Source of the DNA: Mobula hypostoma
Lineage: Eukaryota
Assembly (NCBI RefSeq): GCF_963921235.1
Contig: NC_086097.1
Location: forward strand, 11,222,001 to 11,286,000
Length of the DNA: 64,000 nucleotides
Reading direction: 5' to 3'
Position numbers and translations under genes: made by a program. Shown in pieces: positions 1 to 11,340 of this stretch (positions within the stretch are counted from its first letter, which is position 1; every line of letters starts with the position of its first letter). Below the pieces are notes generated by a model, which made no database searches, was not told the origin of the DNA, and saw nothing but the letters and a program-made list of their open reading frames with translations.

Positions 1-479
1 CACGTGAAAATATACAGAATCCAAAGCAGACATTACATTTGTGTAAAACTAATAGCAAGTGAATCAAAAGCAGAAATTCCATATTGCGAACTCTACTGAT
101 GCTCATAAACCTCTCAGACAATATCAGTATGGGTTGATTGAATAACTGCCTTGTAATTCATTGCAACCTCTATTATTCTGCATGTACCGTACAATATGGA
201 GTGCTGTATTTCATTTTCCTAAATCTAACTTGCTGGGCGAAGCGTAAATCAAAAGAAAATAGACAAAACCAATCCTTGAAGGCAGGATAGAGAAGGATTT
301 TATGTCATTTGAATTTGCAGCCCCAGCATTTCAGTAACAGTATGCAATACAATGGATAGGAAATATATTTAATATTGCAGTTTCTATTCATTCATTGTGA
401 ATGTTACTGAAGTAAAAGAGTGGAGATTCTTCCAGTAAGAAGTGGATGTACATTTACATTGTTCACTCAACTAAAAGTG

Positions 480-1013
480 CAGTACTGTGACAAAGTCTTA
501 GGAACATGTATATAGCTAGGGTGTCAAAGACTTATGCACAGTACTGCCTTTGTCAACATGCAGCAGAGAGCGAGTTTGTAGATCTGGTGGCAGCAAAGGG
601 TATTGGGAATGGTGAGGGTGGAGCGCGGCGGGAGAGGTGTGGGACAGGCACAGTGGAGGAGTGTGAGGGTGGGAGGGGGGTGGTGCAGGTGCAGACACAC
701 CCAGCCCTGAGACAACAGGCAATGTCATTTAATTCCTAACAATTGGTTTATTGATCATTACAGAATGTCTCTCTGGTGCTTACTGTTCCTTTCCTCTTTT
801 CCCAATCACAATTCGCCTCTCCCTGCCCCCTTCCTACTCCCAGTCCACAACAGAGACCCATACCAGAATCGGGTTGATCATCCCTCACATAGGTCATGAA
901 ATTTGTTTTTATTCACAGCAGCAGTACAGTGCAATACATAAAATTACTACAGTACCATGCAAAAGTCTTAGGCTCCCCAGCTATATAATATGTCTAAGAC
1001 TTGCACAGTACTG
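480..1013 (+). mobile_element. Composite Tc1-like non-autonomous element, copy 1 (mini-palindrome, about 400 bp cargo, mini-palindrome)
   Basis: CAGTACTGTG..AAAGTCTTAGG..ACTT.TGCACAGTACTG unit at 480-546 and an inverted unit at about 950-1013. The same interior recurs near 27860, 38520 and 39898. Confidence 0.75.
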
Positions 1014-1684
1014 TGTATAATAGCACTAAGTCTAAAAGTTACCTCAGAAACAGTTTGTTAAATTTGCCAAACATTTACTGCTGTGAAGTCATTAAAACCT
1101 GTATTTTTATTTTTAATAATTTCAAATACTCCTGTAGCATTTCAGTAGTTTCTGTCTCCATGGTATTTGATTCTAATGTTACAAATGACCTCAATTACAA
1201 TACACCCACTTAAACTGAGTCATTGCCCATTGTGAGCAGATTTGAATACCCTGGACTAGGTGCAACATAATTCTATGCAAATATCGCAGGCATGCAATGA
1301 ATGAATTACATTTATGATAATCAATCCCAGTGTTAGTTCCATTAAGATCCTGAGCTTTCCACTGAGCAACAGGATTGTACTAACGAAGAAATTTATTCAT
1401 TCATGAGATAAGGGGATTGCTGGCAAGGTGAAGGTACCTTCGTCTCATGCTACACTATCAGAAATAAAGCAGGCACTTTCGGGATACAGGTCCAGATTAA
1501 GGAATACTGATATATAGCTATACTTCCAGGTCAAAGCCTTCTGAAAATCTGACTGCACATGATCCAGTAGTTCTTGCTTATAAGACCAAGGAGCAGAATG
1601 ACGCCATTCAGCCCACTGAGTCTGTTCCACTATTTGGTCACTATTCGTTTCTGATGTGCCATGTCGTATGAAACCTGGAAGTAA

Positions 1685-1995
1685 ATTTGGAAAAGGTATA
1701 GAGTAAACTTACGAAGGTGTTGCCAGGATTGGAGAGGAGAGTTATGAGGATAGACTAATTACATTGTGGCTGTTGTCTTTGGAACAAAGGAACCCAAGAT
1801 ACCTTTTCAGGATTTACAGAAATAAACTACTTCCCTTAACTGAAGGATCTGTAATGGTATAGATTTAAGTTTATTGAGAGGAGGTTATCAAAGTGTTCAA
1901 AAATTATAATTCACTTAGCAAGTGGTAGGTGGCTGAAAGGGGGCGGAAGCAGAAAATTTTGTCACATTCAAAATTACTTGAATGAGCACTTGCAG
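1685..1995 (+). mobile_element. Decayed CR1 LINE 3' fragment
   Basis: Degenerate match to the CR1 ORF2 C-terminal region seen intact at 32034-32576. Confidence 0.6.
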
Positions 1996-2269
1996 AACCA
2001 TTCTACGCAAGATGAATAAAGAACAGGGAAATGTGATTAGCCTTTTATCTACTTTTAGATGGAATGAATAAAATGCTCTGTTCGACACACTCCTGCTCTA
2101 AGCACCTCCTGTACTGTAATATCTACAATTCTGATATACTAGCATCTTGTGCAGGACTTCATCAAAATCCTTCTGAAAATCTGACTGCGCATAATCCAGT
2201 AGTCCTTGCCAAGATCAAGAAGCAGAATGAAGCCATTCTGCCCATGAGTCTGTTCCACCATTTGGTCAT

Positions 2270-2915
2270 CGTTTGTTACGTGCTTTGTCATGTGACATGG
2301 GTGTTCATGGTTTTTCCATGACCATGTTTGTTCTTGGCAAATTTTTCTACAGACATGGTTTGCCATTGCCTTCTTCTGAGCAATGTCTTTACCATAAGAT
2401 ATTGGAGCAGAATTTGGCCATTTGACCCATCAAGTTTGCTCCACCATTTCATCATGGCTCATCCAATCTTCCTCTCAGCCCCAATCTCCTGTCTTCTCCC
2501 TGTATCCCTTCATGCCCTGACCAAACAAGAATCTATCAACCTCTGCCTTAACTATACATAAAGACATGGCCCCCACAGCTGCCTATAGCAAAGAACTCCA
2601 CAGATTCACCACCATCTGTCTAAAGAAATTCTCCTCCTCATCTCCATTTTACAAGACAGGAGACCCCAGCCATTATCAATACTCTTCAGAGATTGTTGGT
2701 CTGACATCAGTGGTCACATAACCAGGATTTCTGATATACACCAGCTGCTCATACAACCATCAACTACCTGCTCCCATGGCTTCACATGACCCTGAATGGG
2801 GGGGATGGGGGGCTAAGCAGGTGCTCCACCTTGCCCAAGGGTGACCTGCAGACTAGCAGAGGGGAGGAGCACCTTACACCTCCTTTGGCAGAGATGTATC
2901 CACCCCGCCACCCAC
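2270..2915 (-). mobile_element. RTE-tailed non-autonomous retroelement, interrupted by a CR1 tail (2391-2645)
   Basis: Reverse complement of the element at 8085-8478. The interruption is a CR1 3' UTR beginning accataagatattggagcagaa. Confidence 0.7.
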
Positions 2916-3260
2916 ATTTGATCATAGCTGATTTATTTTCCATCTCATCCCCAAAGAACTCCATTATGCAAGTCAAACATGCTTTCCGTTTCATAAATCC
3001 ATGCTGATTTGTTTTTTTTTGCTGAAACATCCTTCCGTATAGATCCCAACAATTTCCCTGCTCTTGCTGTCAGCTAACCAGAATGGAGTTTACTAGTTCC
3101 TAGCTCCCTGCTTTCTCTCAAGCTCCTTTCTTAAATAGTTGGGTACATTTGCTACATTTCAATCTGCAACTAATCCAAAATTTTCAGAATTTTTGAAAGA
3201 TGATAATGAATGCATCCTCTGTTTCTTGAGGCACTTTCAAAACTCTGGAATATAGATCGT
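2916..3260 (-). mobile_element. Decayed CR1 RT fragment
   Basis: ORF 2782..3030 contains NQHGFMKRKACLTCIMEFF, the CR1 QHGF..GKSCLTNL.EFF motif. Confidence 0.7.
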
Positions 3261-3789
3261 TTCTGCTTGCATGCAGTTCCCTGCATTAAGGTTAGTAAAA
3301 TAAAACCACTTATATACTCATGGCAATGAATGCTGCATACAGGTCAGTTTTGTTAATTTTGAGACTGGCCTCATTGAATTCTCTCAGAACACTAGCCTGT
3401 ACTTACACTGGTGATCAATAACCTGAGTCAACTACATTACTGTGAATCTGAATTCACTGATAGACCAACCAGATGAGCAAGAAAGTTAAGTTTCCTCTCT
3501 TAATGGACATAGATGAGTATAAACAATCCGTTCCAACAGTCCAATTGTTACATAGTTCTCTGAAGCCAAATCTTAAGAAACTTTATTAACTGAAATAGCT
3601 GTGATGCGATTTGAACCTGTCTCTAGACCACTAATCCAAACTTCTGGATCATTAATTCAATAACACAATTACTGCATTGTCATTCACTATAAACTGTTTC
3701 ATTAAATGCTGTGACTTGTATTTGTATAGTGTTTTTTTTCAATGTTAGGGCATACACAAGCACTATGCAATCAATTACATATTTAAAAT

Positions 3790-4035
3790 TTTTTTTTTAG
3801 AGACACAATACAGAACAGGCCCTTCTGGCCCACTGAGCCGCACCATCAGCAACCCACCTATTTAACCCGAGCCTAATCTTAGGGCAATTTACAATGGTCA
3901 ATTAACCTACTAATTGGTATGTCTTTGCACTGTGAGCAGAAACTGGAGCACCCATGCGCACTTGGGAAGAACACACAAACAAACTCCGAATCTCAACGCC
4001 CTGAGCTATAATTGCTAATTGCTAGGTTGGCGCCC
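3790..4035 (-). mobile_element. V-SINE (HE1-like) remnant
   Basis: Reverse complement of the SINE body seen at 17598 and 54252. Confidence 0.65.
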
Positions 4036-5487
4036 TAAAGTATTTGTGAAGTGCCTTGGTGTTTAGGAAGCTGGATTTTTTACTCATGGATCTGTGTGGC
4101 GGGGGGGGGTGGTGGTTGAGATTCCATTAAAGATGCTGAATAAACACAAGTTTTTAACCTTGAGTTGTGAGCAGGTAAATAGGAATGATGTGTACTTATG
4201 AAGCAGGAGCAAGAGGCTACATTTTTTTTCAGTTTAATTAAAAATGAAGGTAGAATAATCCAGGATGCCAAATCAGAGATCTATAATTCTTGCCAAGGCA
4301 TTGTAGCCGGTGTCTGATTTTCAGAACGTTTCTTATATTTCTTCTAGCTTTGTGTTGAGTCTCATTGTGTTGTGATAAAAGTTACAAGATCCCTGCAAAT
4401 CACTTAATACAAGTATCGCATTATTAGTGATGAAATTGCGGCAGGAAGCTGTCCTCAATACAGCAACTTAACAAATAATGAGGCATGTACCTTTTCAATA
4501 TTTACTCTGGTCCCTCTAGACATGACATCGTACTGCCAGCTCCAGCTGATTGCTGTGGAGAGTTTTATGTAAATAAGTTATCATAGGAGATTGATCACAA
4601 TACCAAAGGCTGCAGCCTTGCATCTATGTTAAATTGGAAGGGGAGAGGGAGGGGGTTGGTTTTCAGTAAATTAGAGTACATCTCTATCCCAAGAACCTAA
4701 ATTACTCCAAAGCCCTCATGACCTTATATCTTCTATGCTGCAACTAATAAGGGCCTCACCACCAAATTTACGGCACATTCATCAGCCAGAGGTGCTATAT
4801 ATATTATGTTATTTCTGGTTGAAAAATTGATACCTTGCTTTCCTATTACAAGGAAGCTGGTGTGGCTGTATTGTACTTACAAAATATTATTCAGGGCCTT
4901 AAATAAATAACTGAAGTCGAAAAACATGCAAATCAAGAACAATTATTAAAATATAATGAGACAGAGAGACTCAAGACCAAAGCAGAGCAAGGTAAGAGAA
5001 CTATTGCCTCACATATTTGCCAAGTTAACTTGTGGGGTTTGTTTGTCTATTATCAGTCATGGGAGAAATAATTTTATAAAAAGGCGGTACTGCACTTCTT
5101 CCACAGAACATGCATATCGTGAATTCGGACAGCCGGTGGAAATTCTGATATCTATTCCCAACTGTGAAACCCCATGAAATCATGACTTTATCTCATGGTC
5201 AACATATGATACCACATTATGAAAACTTGGTGCATTGTCTTAACTAAAAATTAACTCAGTTTAATGATTTAAACTAATGACTGAATGCCCTCACCACCAT
5301 AGCCTGAAAATCAATTATACACGTGTAAATAAATTTTCACACCCTAATGTCATATGCTGCTTAATGTGCAATTACCTGAAGTTTTGTAGTGTTTTTGTAT
5401 TTCAACTGAAGTTAGAAGATTTGGTAGGCATAAAAGATGACAGCTGGTCATGTGTCAACCTGCAGACAAAAATTCAGTAAAGTCAAT

Positions 5488-5685
5488 GGTAATGTTGCAT
5501 TTAGTGTGATGCTATTACAGCTCAGGCGTCAGAGTTTGGAGTTCAGTTCTGGTGATCTCTGTAAAGAATTTGTATGCCCTTCCTGTGACCGCATGGGTTT
5601 CGTCCGGATGCTCTAGTTTCCTCCCACAGTCCAAAGACGTCGCAGTGAGTAAGTTAATTGGTCATTGTATATTGTCCTGTGATTA
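5488..5685 (+). mobile_element. V-SINE (HE1-like), truncated by an RTE insertion
   Basis: tRNA-like head followed by the V-domain gggtttc.tccgg.tgctct.gtttcctcccacagtccaaagacgt. Confidence 0.75.
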
Positions 5686-6215
5686 CTTACTTACTGCCCG
5701 TTATGCTGCTGGCACTTATAGGGCAGCAATGAAGGTCCCCCAACTCTGTCTGTCCTTGGCCATCGTCTCTACTGTGCCCCAGGTGTGCTTCAGGGTCCTC
5801 ATTCGGGCTGTACAGTTCGGTGCCAAGTTGTCTTTGGTCTTCCACATTTCCTCCTCCCGTCAGGGGTCCAATGACGTGCAGTCTTGATGACAGAGTTGGC
5901 CTCATCACGTGCCTAATCCATTTCCAATGCCTCCTTGTGTTGATTGTGGCCATGACCTCTTGGTGACGCTGAAAGAGTAGGCCATAGATGGAGATCTTTC
6001 TTGGCCAGAAAATACAGGAGTATCTTCTGAAGGCTCATGGTGTTGAATGATAACAGCTTGGCAAGGTCTCTCTCTGTCATGCACCAGCCTTCTGACCTGT
6101 ACAGGAATGTGGTCAGAGCACGGTTCTGTTTCAGCTTCAGCTTGATATGGATACTGTACTTTGATGGTTCCTATATGTTGCTCAGATTCAATATGTGGGT
6201 TGCTGGGCATTCTGG
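5686..6215 (-). mobile_element. RTE-clade LINE 3' fragment
   Basis: (TAAG)n tail at 5684-5695. Frameshifted ORFs include RRHWKWIRHVMR and ELGDLHCCP, typical of an RTE C-terminus. Confidence 0.75.
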
Positions 6216-7264
6216 GCTCATTGTGCCGGGAGGACCTGCTTCATGCTGTATCTCTAAACAAATTGAACAGCACTTATTTGCATTCATAGATCTGAAACTT
6301 GTATGACCAGAAGCAATTCGTCTTTAGCATGAACACTAGTAAGCAATTCCTCAAATAAATCTGAACATCCATGCAGTAATGTCTGGAGCCTGCTGTTGCT
6401 GTGGGCTTGATGACCAGCTCTTCGCCTCCAGGTAGAATCAAGCAAAGCACAAAATACACAGCTGTGATCTGCTGATTCAAGGACAAGGAACAATCCCACA
6501 ATCCTCTCTGCTGGGAGCACTGCGCACAGGTAGACATCAGGTGTGAGGAAAGCGCAGTGACAGCAATTACCATGGCCCTAAGTGCTGTCAGTAACTCTGT
6601 GCCCCAGCCACACCACCATCCCCTCCCCAAAGTCTGTCCAAGGGCATATGTAACGGCCAATGCCCATTAGCTGAAAGCCCCACAGGACTGTGCACCACAA
6701 TCTGTGCACGTAGCAAATGCCCAGATAGCAATAATGACAGGGCATGGCTGTCTAAAGCACTCAATTAGATGCAGAGAGTGTTTGCATGCTGCATTCCCAC
6801 TTAGAGATTTTAATAATCTTGAGTCCTCCGACTGCAGCTTATCTTTGAAAATATGCACTCATTTCCGACCCTGTAGTGTTTCTAAAATATAAATTGTCTC
6901 TTTCTATCCCAAGACAGAATCTTAAAACAAAAATCATCAATGCGTAAGAACCCAGAGAAATCTTAAGCTCAAGCAAATTGTGGTGTGATTCTTGTAGTGT
7001 AATAGTACAATTTTCATTCATTTATTTTAAATATTTCCAAATAGATAGTAAAATAATCTTTTTAATGAGGTTTGTCCTGAAGGATTTAAACTGGGATATA
7101 ACAGGTACACATTATGCATCATACTTAGGAAAACAGAATAAAATGTAAGACTATTCCAGTGGGAAATCTGATAAACTGCATGGGTAATGTATAAGAATAT
7201 TTTTTAAAATATCAGGTGAAATTTCATGTGTTATTAAGCTTTCCCCTAAACTTTAGGTTTATTT

Positions 7265-7880
7265 CCATTGAGATCGATGGGGTGAAGGCACACAGTGTTT
7301 TCCCTAGGGTTGGGAAGATCAAGAACTAGAAGGTGTAGGCTTAGGGTGAGAGGGGAGAGATTTAACAGGAAACTGGAGCAAAAGTTTCACTCAGAGGGTG
7401 GTCACTATATGGAGGAAACTACCAGAAGAAATGGTTGAGACCGGTATATTTACAACATTTAAAAGGTACGTAGATGGGTTCATGAACAGGAAAAGTTTAA
7501 AGATTCAAAGATTTAAAGTACATTTATTATCAAGGTATGTAACCCTGAGATTCGTCTTCCCACAGACTGCCACGAAACAAGGAAGCACCATGGAACGGGT
7601 TCAGAGAGAACATCAAACACCCAATGAGCAAAGAAAAAAAGAGAACAAATTGCGCAAGAGGCAAAAATGAGAGAGAAACACACAGAGTAGAAATCATCAA
7701 ACCCCAGGGTCCTTGAAACAGTCTAGCAATGTTCAGCTTAGTTCAGTTCCGCTCAATTTAGTGCTGTTTGGCGCTATATGGGCCAAATGCAGGTGAATGG
7801 AACAAGCTTAAATTGGAATCTGAGTTGGCATGAACGAACTTGGGCTGAAGGCCTGTTTCCATGCTGTAATGCTCGATAAC
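7265..7880 (+). mobile_element. CR1 3' fragment interrupted by a Rex/Babar-type tail (about 7500-7770, minus strand)
   Basis: FTQRVVTIWRKLPEEMVE...FKRYVD motif. The insert begins gattcaaagatttaaagtacatttattatcaa. Confidence 0.65.
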
Positions 7881-8084
7881 TCTTACATTTTTTTTTATAG
7901 TTAGGAGGCCATTTGGGCCATCAAGCATATGAGTGTTCATAAGGTAATCCCATACCCCCACTAATTTTCCCTGCAACCCACTCCTCCGCACTCTCCCACT
8001 AGATTTCTGAATGGACAATGAACCCATGAACTCTGTTCACTTTTTCAACTGTTTATTTAATTTATTTGTATATATTTGTTTGAG

Positions 8085-8478
8085 TGGTGAAGGGGAGATA
8101 CGCCTCTACCAAAGAAGGTGCAAGGTGCTCCTTCCCTCTGCTATCCTGCAAGTCACCCTTGGGCAAGGTGTGACACCTGCTTATCTTGCACCACCCCATT
8201 ATCAGGATCATGTAAGACATGGGAGCAGGTGGTGGATGGTCATACGAACAGCTGGTGCATATCGCAAGTCCTGGTTATGTGACCACTGACACCAAGCAAA
8301 CAATCTCTGAAGAGCATTGATAATGGCTGGAGTCATCCATCTTGTAAAGACACTGCCCAGAAGAAGGCAATGGCAAACCACCTCTGCAGAAAAATTTGCC
8401 AAGACAGTCATGGTGATGGAAAGACCATGCTCACCCATGTCATACGACACGGCACATAAAGATGATAATGATAATGAT
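8085..8478 (+). mobile_element. RTE-tailed non-autonomous retroelement (SINE-like)
   Basis: Second copy at 2270-2915. Ends in a (GAT/GATAAT)n tail. Confidence 0.7.
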
Positions 8479-9914
8479 ATATTTCATATTGTAATTTATA
8501 TTCTTTTTAATGATGTATTATTGCACTGTACTGTTGCCGCTAAACAACAAATTTCACAACATACTCCAGTGATATTAAACCTGATTCTGAATCTGATTCA
8601 GTAATCTGGATTCTTACTGAAGCAGTGTGAGGGAGAAAGCCAGCAGGGGTCACACAGAGGAAGAGACAGTCTGCAGCATTTTACTCGGTGTGAGGGAAAC
8701 AGTCTGCAGGGTCCTTGTTGAACTGGTAAGTGGGAGAGAAAGTCTGCAGCTTCCTTCCTGGTGGCGAGGAGGAGGGAAAACAAGCAGCATCTTGAATGAG
8801 CTAGCAAGAGGAACCGGGAGTGAGAAGAAAGCTGCAAGTGTTAAATGTCTCCTTGCATAGTGGTATCAAAATGCTGTGATCGTGAAGACTCATACTCATA
8901 TATTAAGCACTTCGTTATACATGATAAGCACCAATTATCACAATGTAAATCGCACAAATTGTTTGCGTGACTGCTGTCCACTATAACACTTGAATCCAAT
9001 GTTTAGAAAGTACTGTTTATATTAAGAAGAGCGATGTAGGTTGAGTCTGTTTATTGGTGGTGTTGATAAATTGCTTGAATTTTCTTCACACAATGATCAG
9101 GCTGTTATCTCAGTCCTTCTGTCTGTTAACTGCAACATAACAGACCACAGTAAAGGTTAAATTCAGCAATCCTTCACTTCCAGTTCAGAACTGCATACTA
9201 AAAGAAGCCTGGGCTGAAGATAAAGAGACAACTCTGCAGTGCCTGACCCACATTTCCTTTCCCTAAAAGAAATTGCTTCTTACATGTCACCCTCTTTTTA
9301 ATTTCACATATTAAAGTTTATAGCACATAGAATGTGTGATAATTGACAGTTGAATATTGCCGTGCTGAAGTGATGATGTAATCATTCCTTCAGGAAGAAT
9401 GTGATTATGTAGCCACAATGCACAGGCAGTATCAGGCAGAATAGGTTGTTCTAAAGTTTATCTGCTGTAAAACAACATTTGCCACCAAAAATGCTTTTGG
9501 GCAGTAATCTAAACTTGATGTTGAGTTGAAAGGATGTGAACCACATATTTTGCACTCATAGTTTCTCATAGTACCTCCTCAGTTTAATTAGGTCAAGCAG
9601 CATCTATGGAAAAAGAATTACTGTAGTTAATTTCAGGTCTGTTGGCAGAATTTCCTGGACTGTAAATTTTAACTGTTTCCCTTTCCACAGATGCTGCCTT
9701 AACTACCTAGTATTTTCTGCTATTATTTCAGATTTCCAGCATTTGCAGCTTTTAAAATTGTTTTATGCTTACTCGAATTGCTGGCTGTAAATGATGTCCA
9801 GATAACTGTCCCTAATGCTGTCCCTAATGTGAATCCTTCAGATTCACAGCATCTCCGATGAGTTGGAGCACAGATGAAATCTGTTAAGTTCATAAAAACT
9901 CTATGTAAGAGCAA

Positions 9915-10115
9915 AGCAGCACACACAAACTGCTGGAGAAACTCAGTAAGTCAGGCAGCATCTATGGAAAAGAGTAAAGAGTCAACGTTTCAGGCCAAGG
10001 CCCTTCATCAGGATTCCTGTTGACTCTTTTCCATAGATGCTGCCTGACCTGCTGAGTTCCTCCAGCATTTTGTCTGTGTTGCTTTGGAGTTCCAGCATCT
10101 GCAGGTTCTCTCGTC
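9915..10115. mobile_element. Penelope-like terminal-repeat derivative in inverted (fold-back) arrangement
   Basis: Arms gcagcacacacaaa.tgctggag.aactcag..agtcaggcagcatctatggaaaagag and its reverse complement. The loop carries CTGATGA..GAAAC on the minus strand. Confidence 0.7.
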
Positions 10116-10151
10116 TGTGTAAGAGCAGTGTGGAGACCAATATCGAGAATG

Positions 10152-10510
10152 ATCAGAATCAGAATCAGGTTTAATATCACCAGCATATGTCGTGAAATGT
10201 TTTGCCTTTGTGGCAGCAGTACAATGTGATACATAATAATAGAAAAAATGTGAAGTACTTCAAGTATGTATATATATTATATATAAAATTAAATAACTAG
10301 TGCAAAAGTAGAAATAAAAAAGTAGTGTTCATGGGTTCAATGTCAATTCAGAAATCGGATGGCAGAGGGGAAGAAGCTGTTCCTGAATCATTGAATGTGT
10401 GCCTTCAGGCTCCTGTACTTCCTTCCTGATGGTAGCAATGAGAACAAGGCATGACCCAGGTGATGAGGGTCTTTTCCATGGATGCTGCCTTTCTGAGGCA
10501 TTGCTCCACC
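10152..10510 (-). mobile_element. Rex1/Babar LINE 3' fragment
   Basis: (ATTCTG)n tail. Encodes a KAASM..PSSPGSCLVLIATIRK-like decayed AASIIKDPHHPGH..FSLLPSGRRY motif. Confidence 0.7.
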
Positions 10511-11340
10511 TCCTTCTTCCTCTCTCTTGAGCCCTCTAGACGTTTTCATTTTAGGCAATTATCTTGTACTGCTTTGAACATCATGATTGAATCTACTTTC
10601 ATTTAAACAGATTGAAAATTATATGTAAATATAGATTTAATATATAAAAAATAATGGTTTATTATAGAAATTAAATATTAAATAAAACATGCATATATAA
10701 TTTAGGATATTGAATATTGCAAATGTATATTTTTTAAATTGTAAAATTCCTTATGTTTTGTAATCCTTTTGTGAGAAAATTCTAAATCTCACTCAGGTAT
10801 ATAAAATTTGCTTTGTTGACCCAAAGAGCTTTCTTAGTAATAATGATGGCTTAGTACACCAGGAAAGCTCGCATAAACCTTATACAACTGAACATAGTAT
10901 TTTCCAGGAATGTTTCAGTAAAACTAGTTCAGAAATGTAAGTGATTTCCCTTGCTTCTGGTGGAGACGAATGCAAATAACGTACCCTGTGGAGAAGGGAT
11001 GAGTCACTGACAGCAACTTCAGAATTTCCACCTTAAACTCCACATGCATGGAATTCCCAAAGCTGTTTTCAGATCTGGGGAATGCAAATACTGTTGGTCT
11101 CATTACTACTGCAAAAAAATCTACATCTTTCTTGCATTTTCAGTCATGTTCGGCAGTCTGAACCTGGAGTTTAATTCAGACAGGTGTCTGCCATCTTCTG
11201 TGTATCTGGCATATTCTGTGGATAAGCAAGGTAAATGATTTTGGGGTTTGGTGGAATGGTGGGGAGGCTAAGAGATGAAAGCTCATGAGAAAGAATAGCA
11301 AGTAGCTATCAAAAATGTATTCATATTTTGGGCCACATCT

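Noticed and set aside
4490..4623. Minus-strand acceptor/donor pair
   Set aside because: There are stops in all three frames and no homology.
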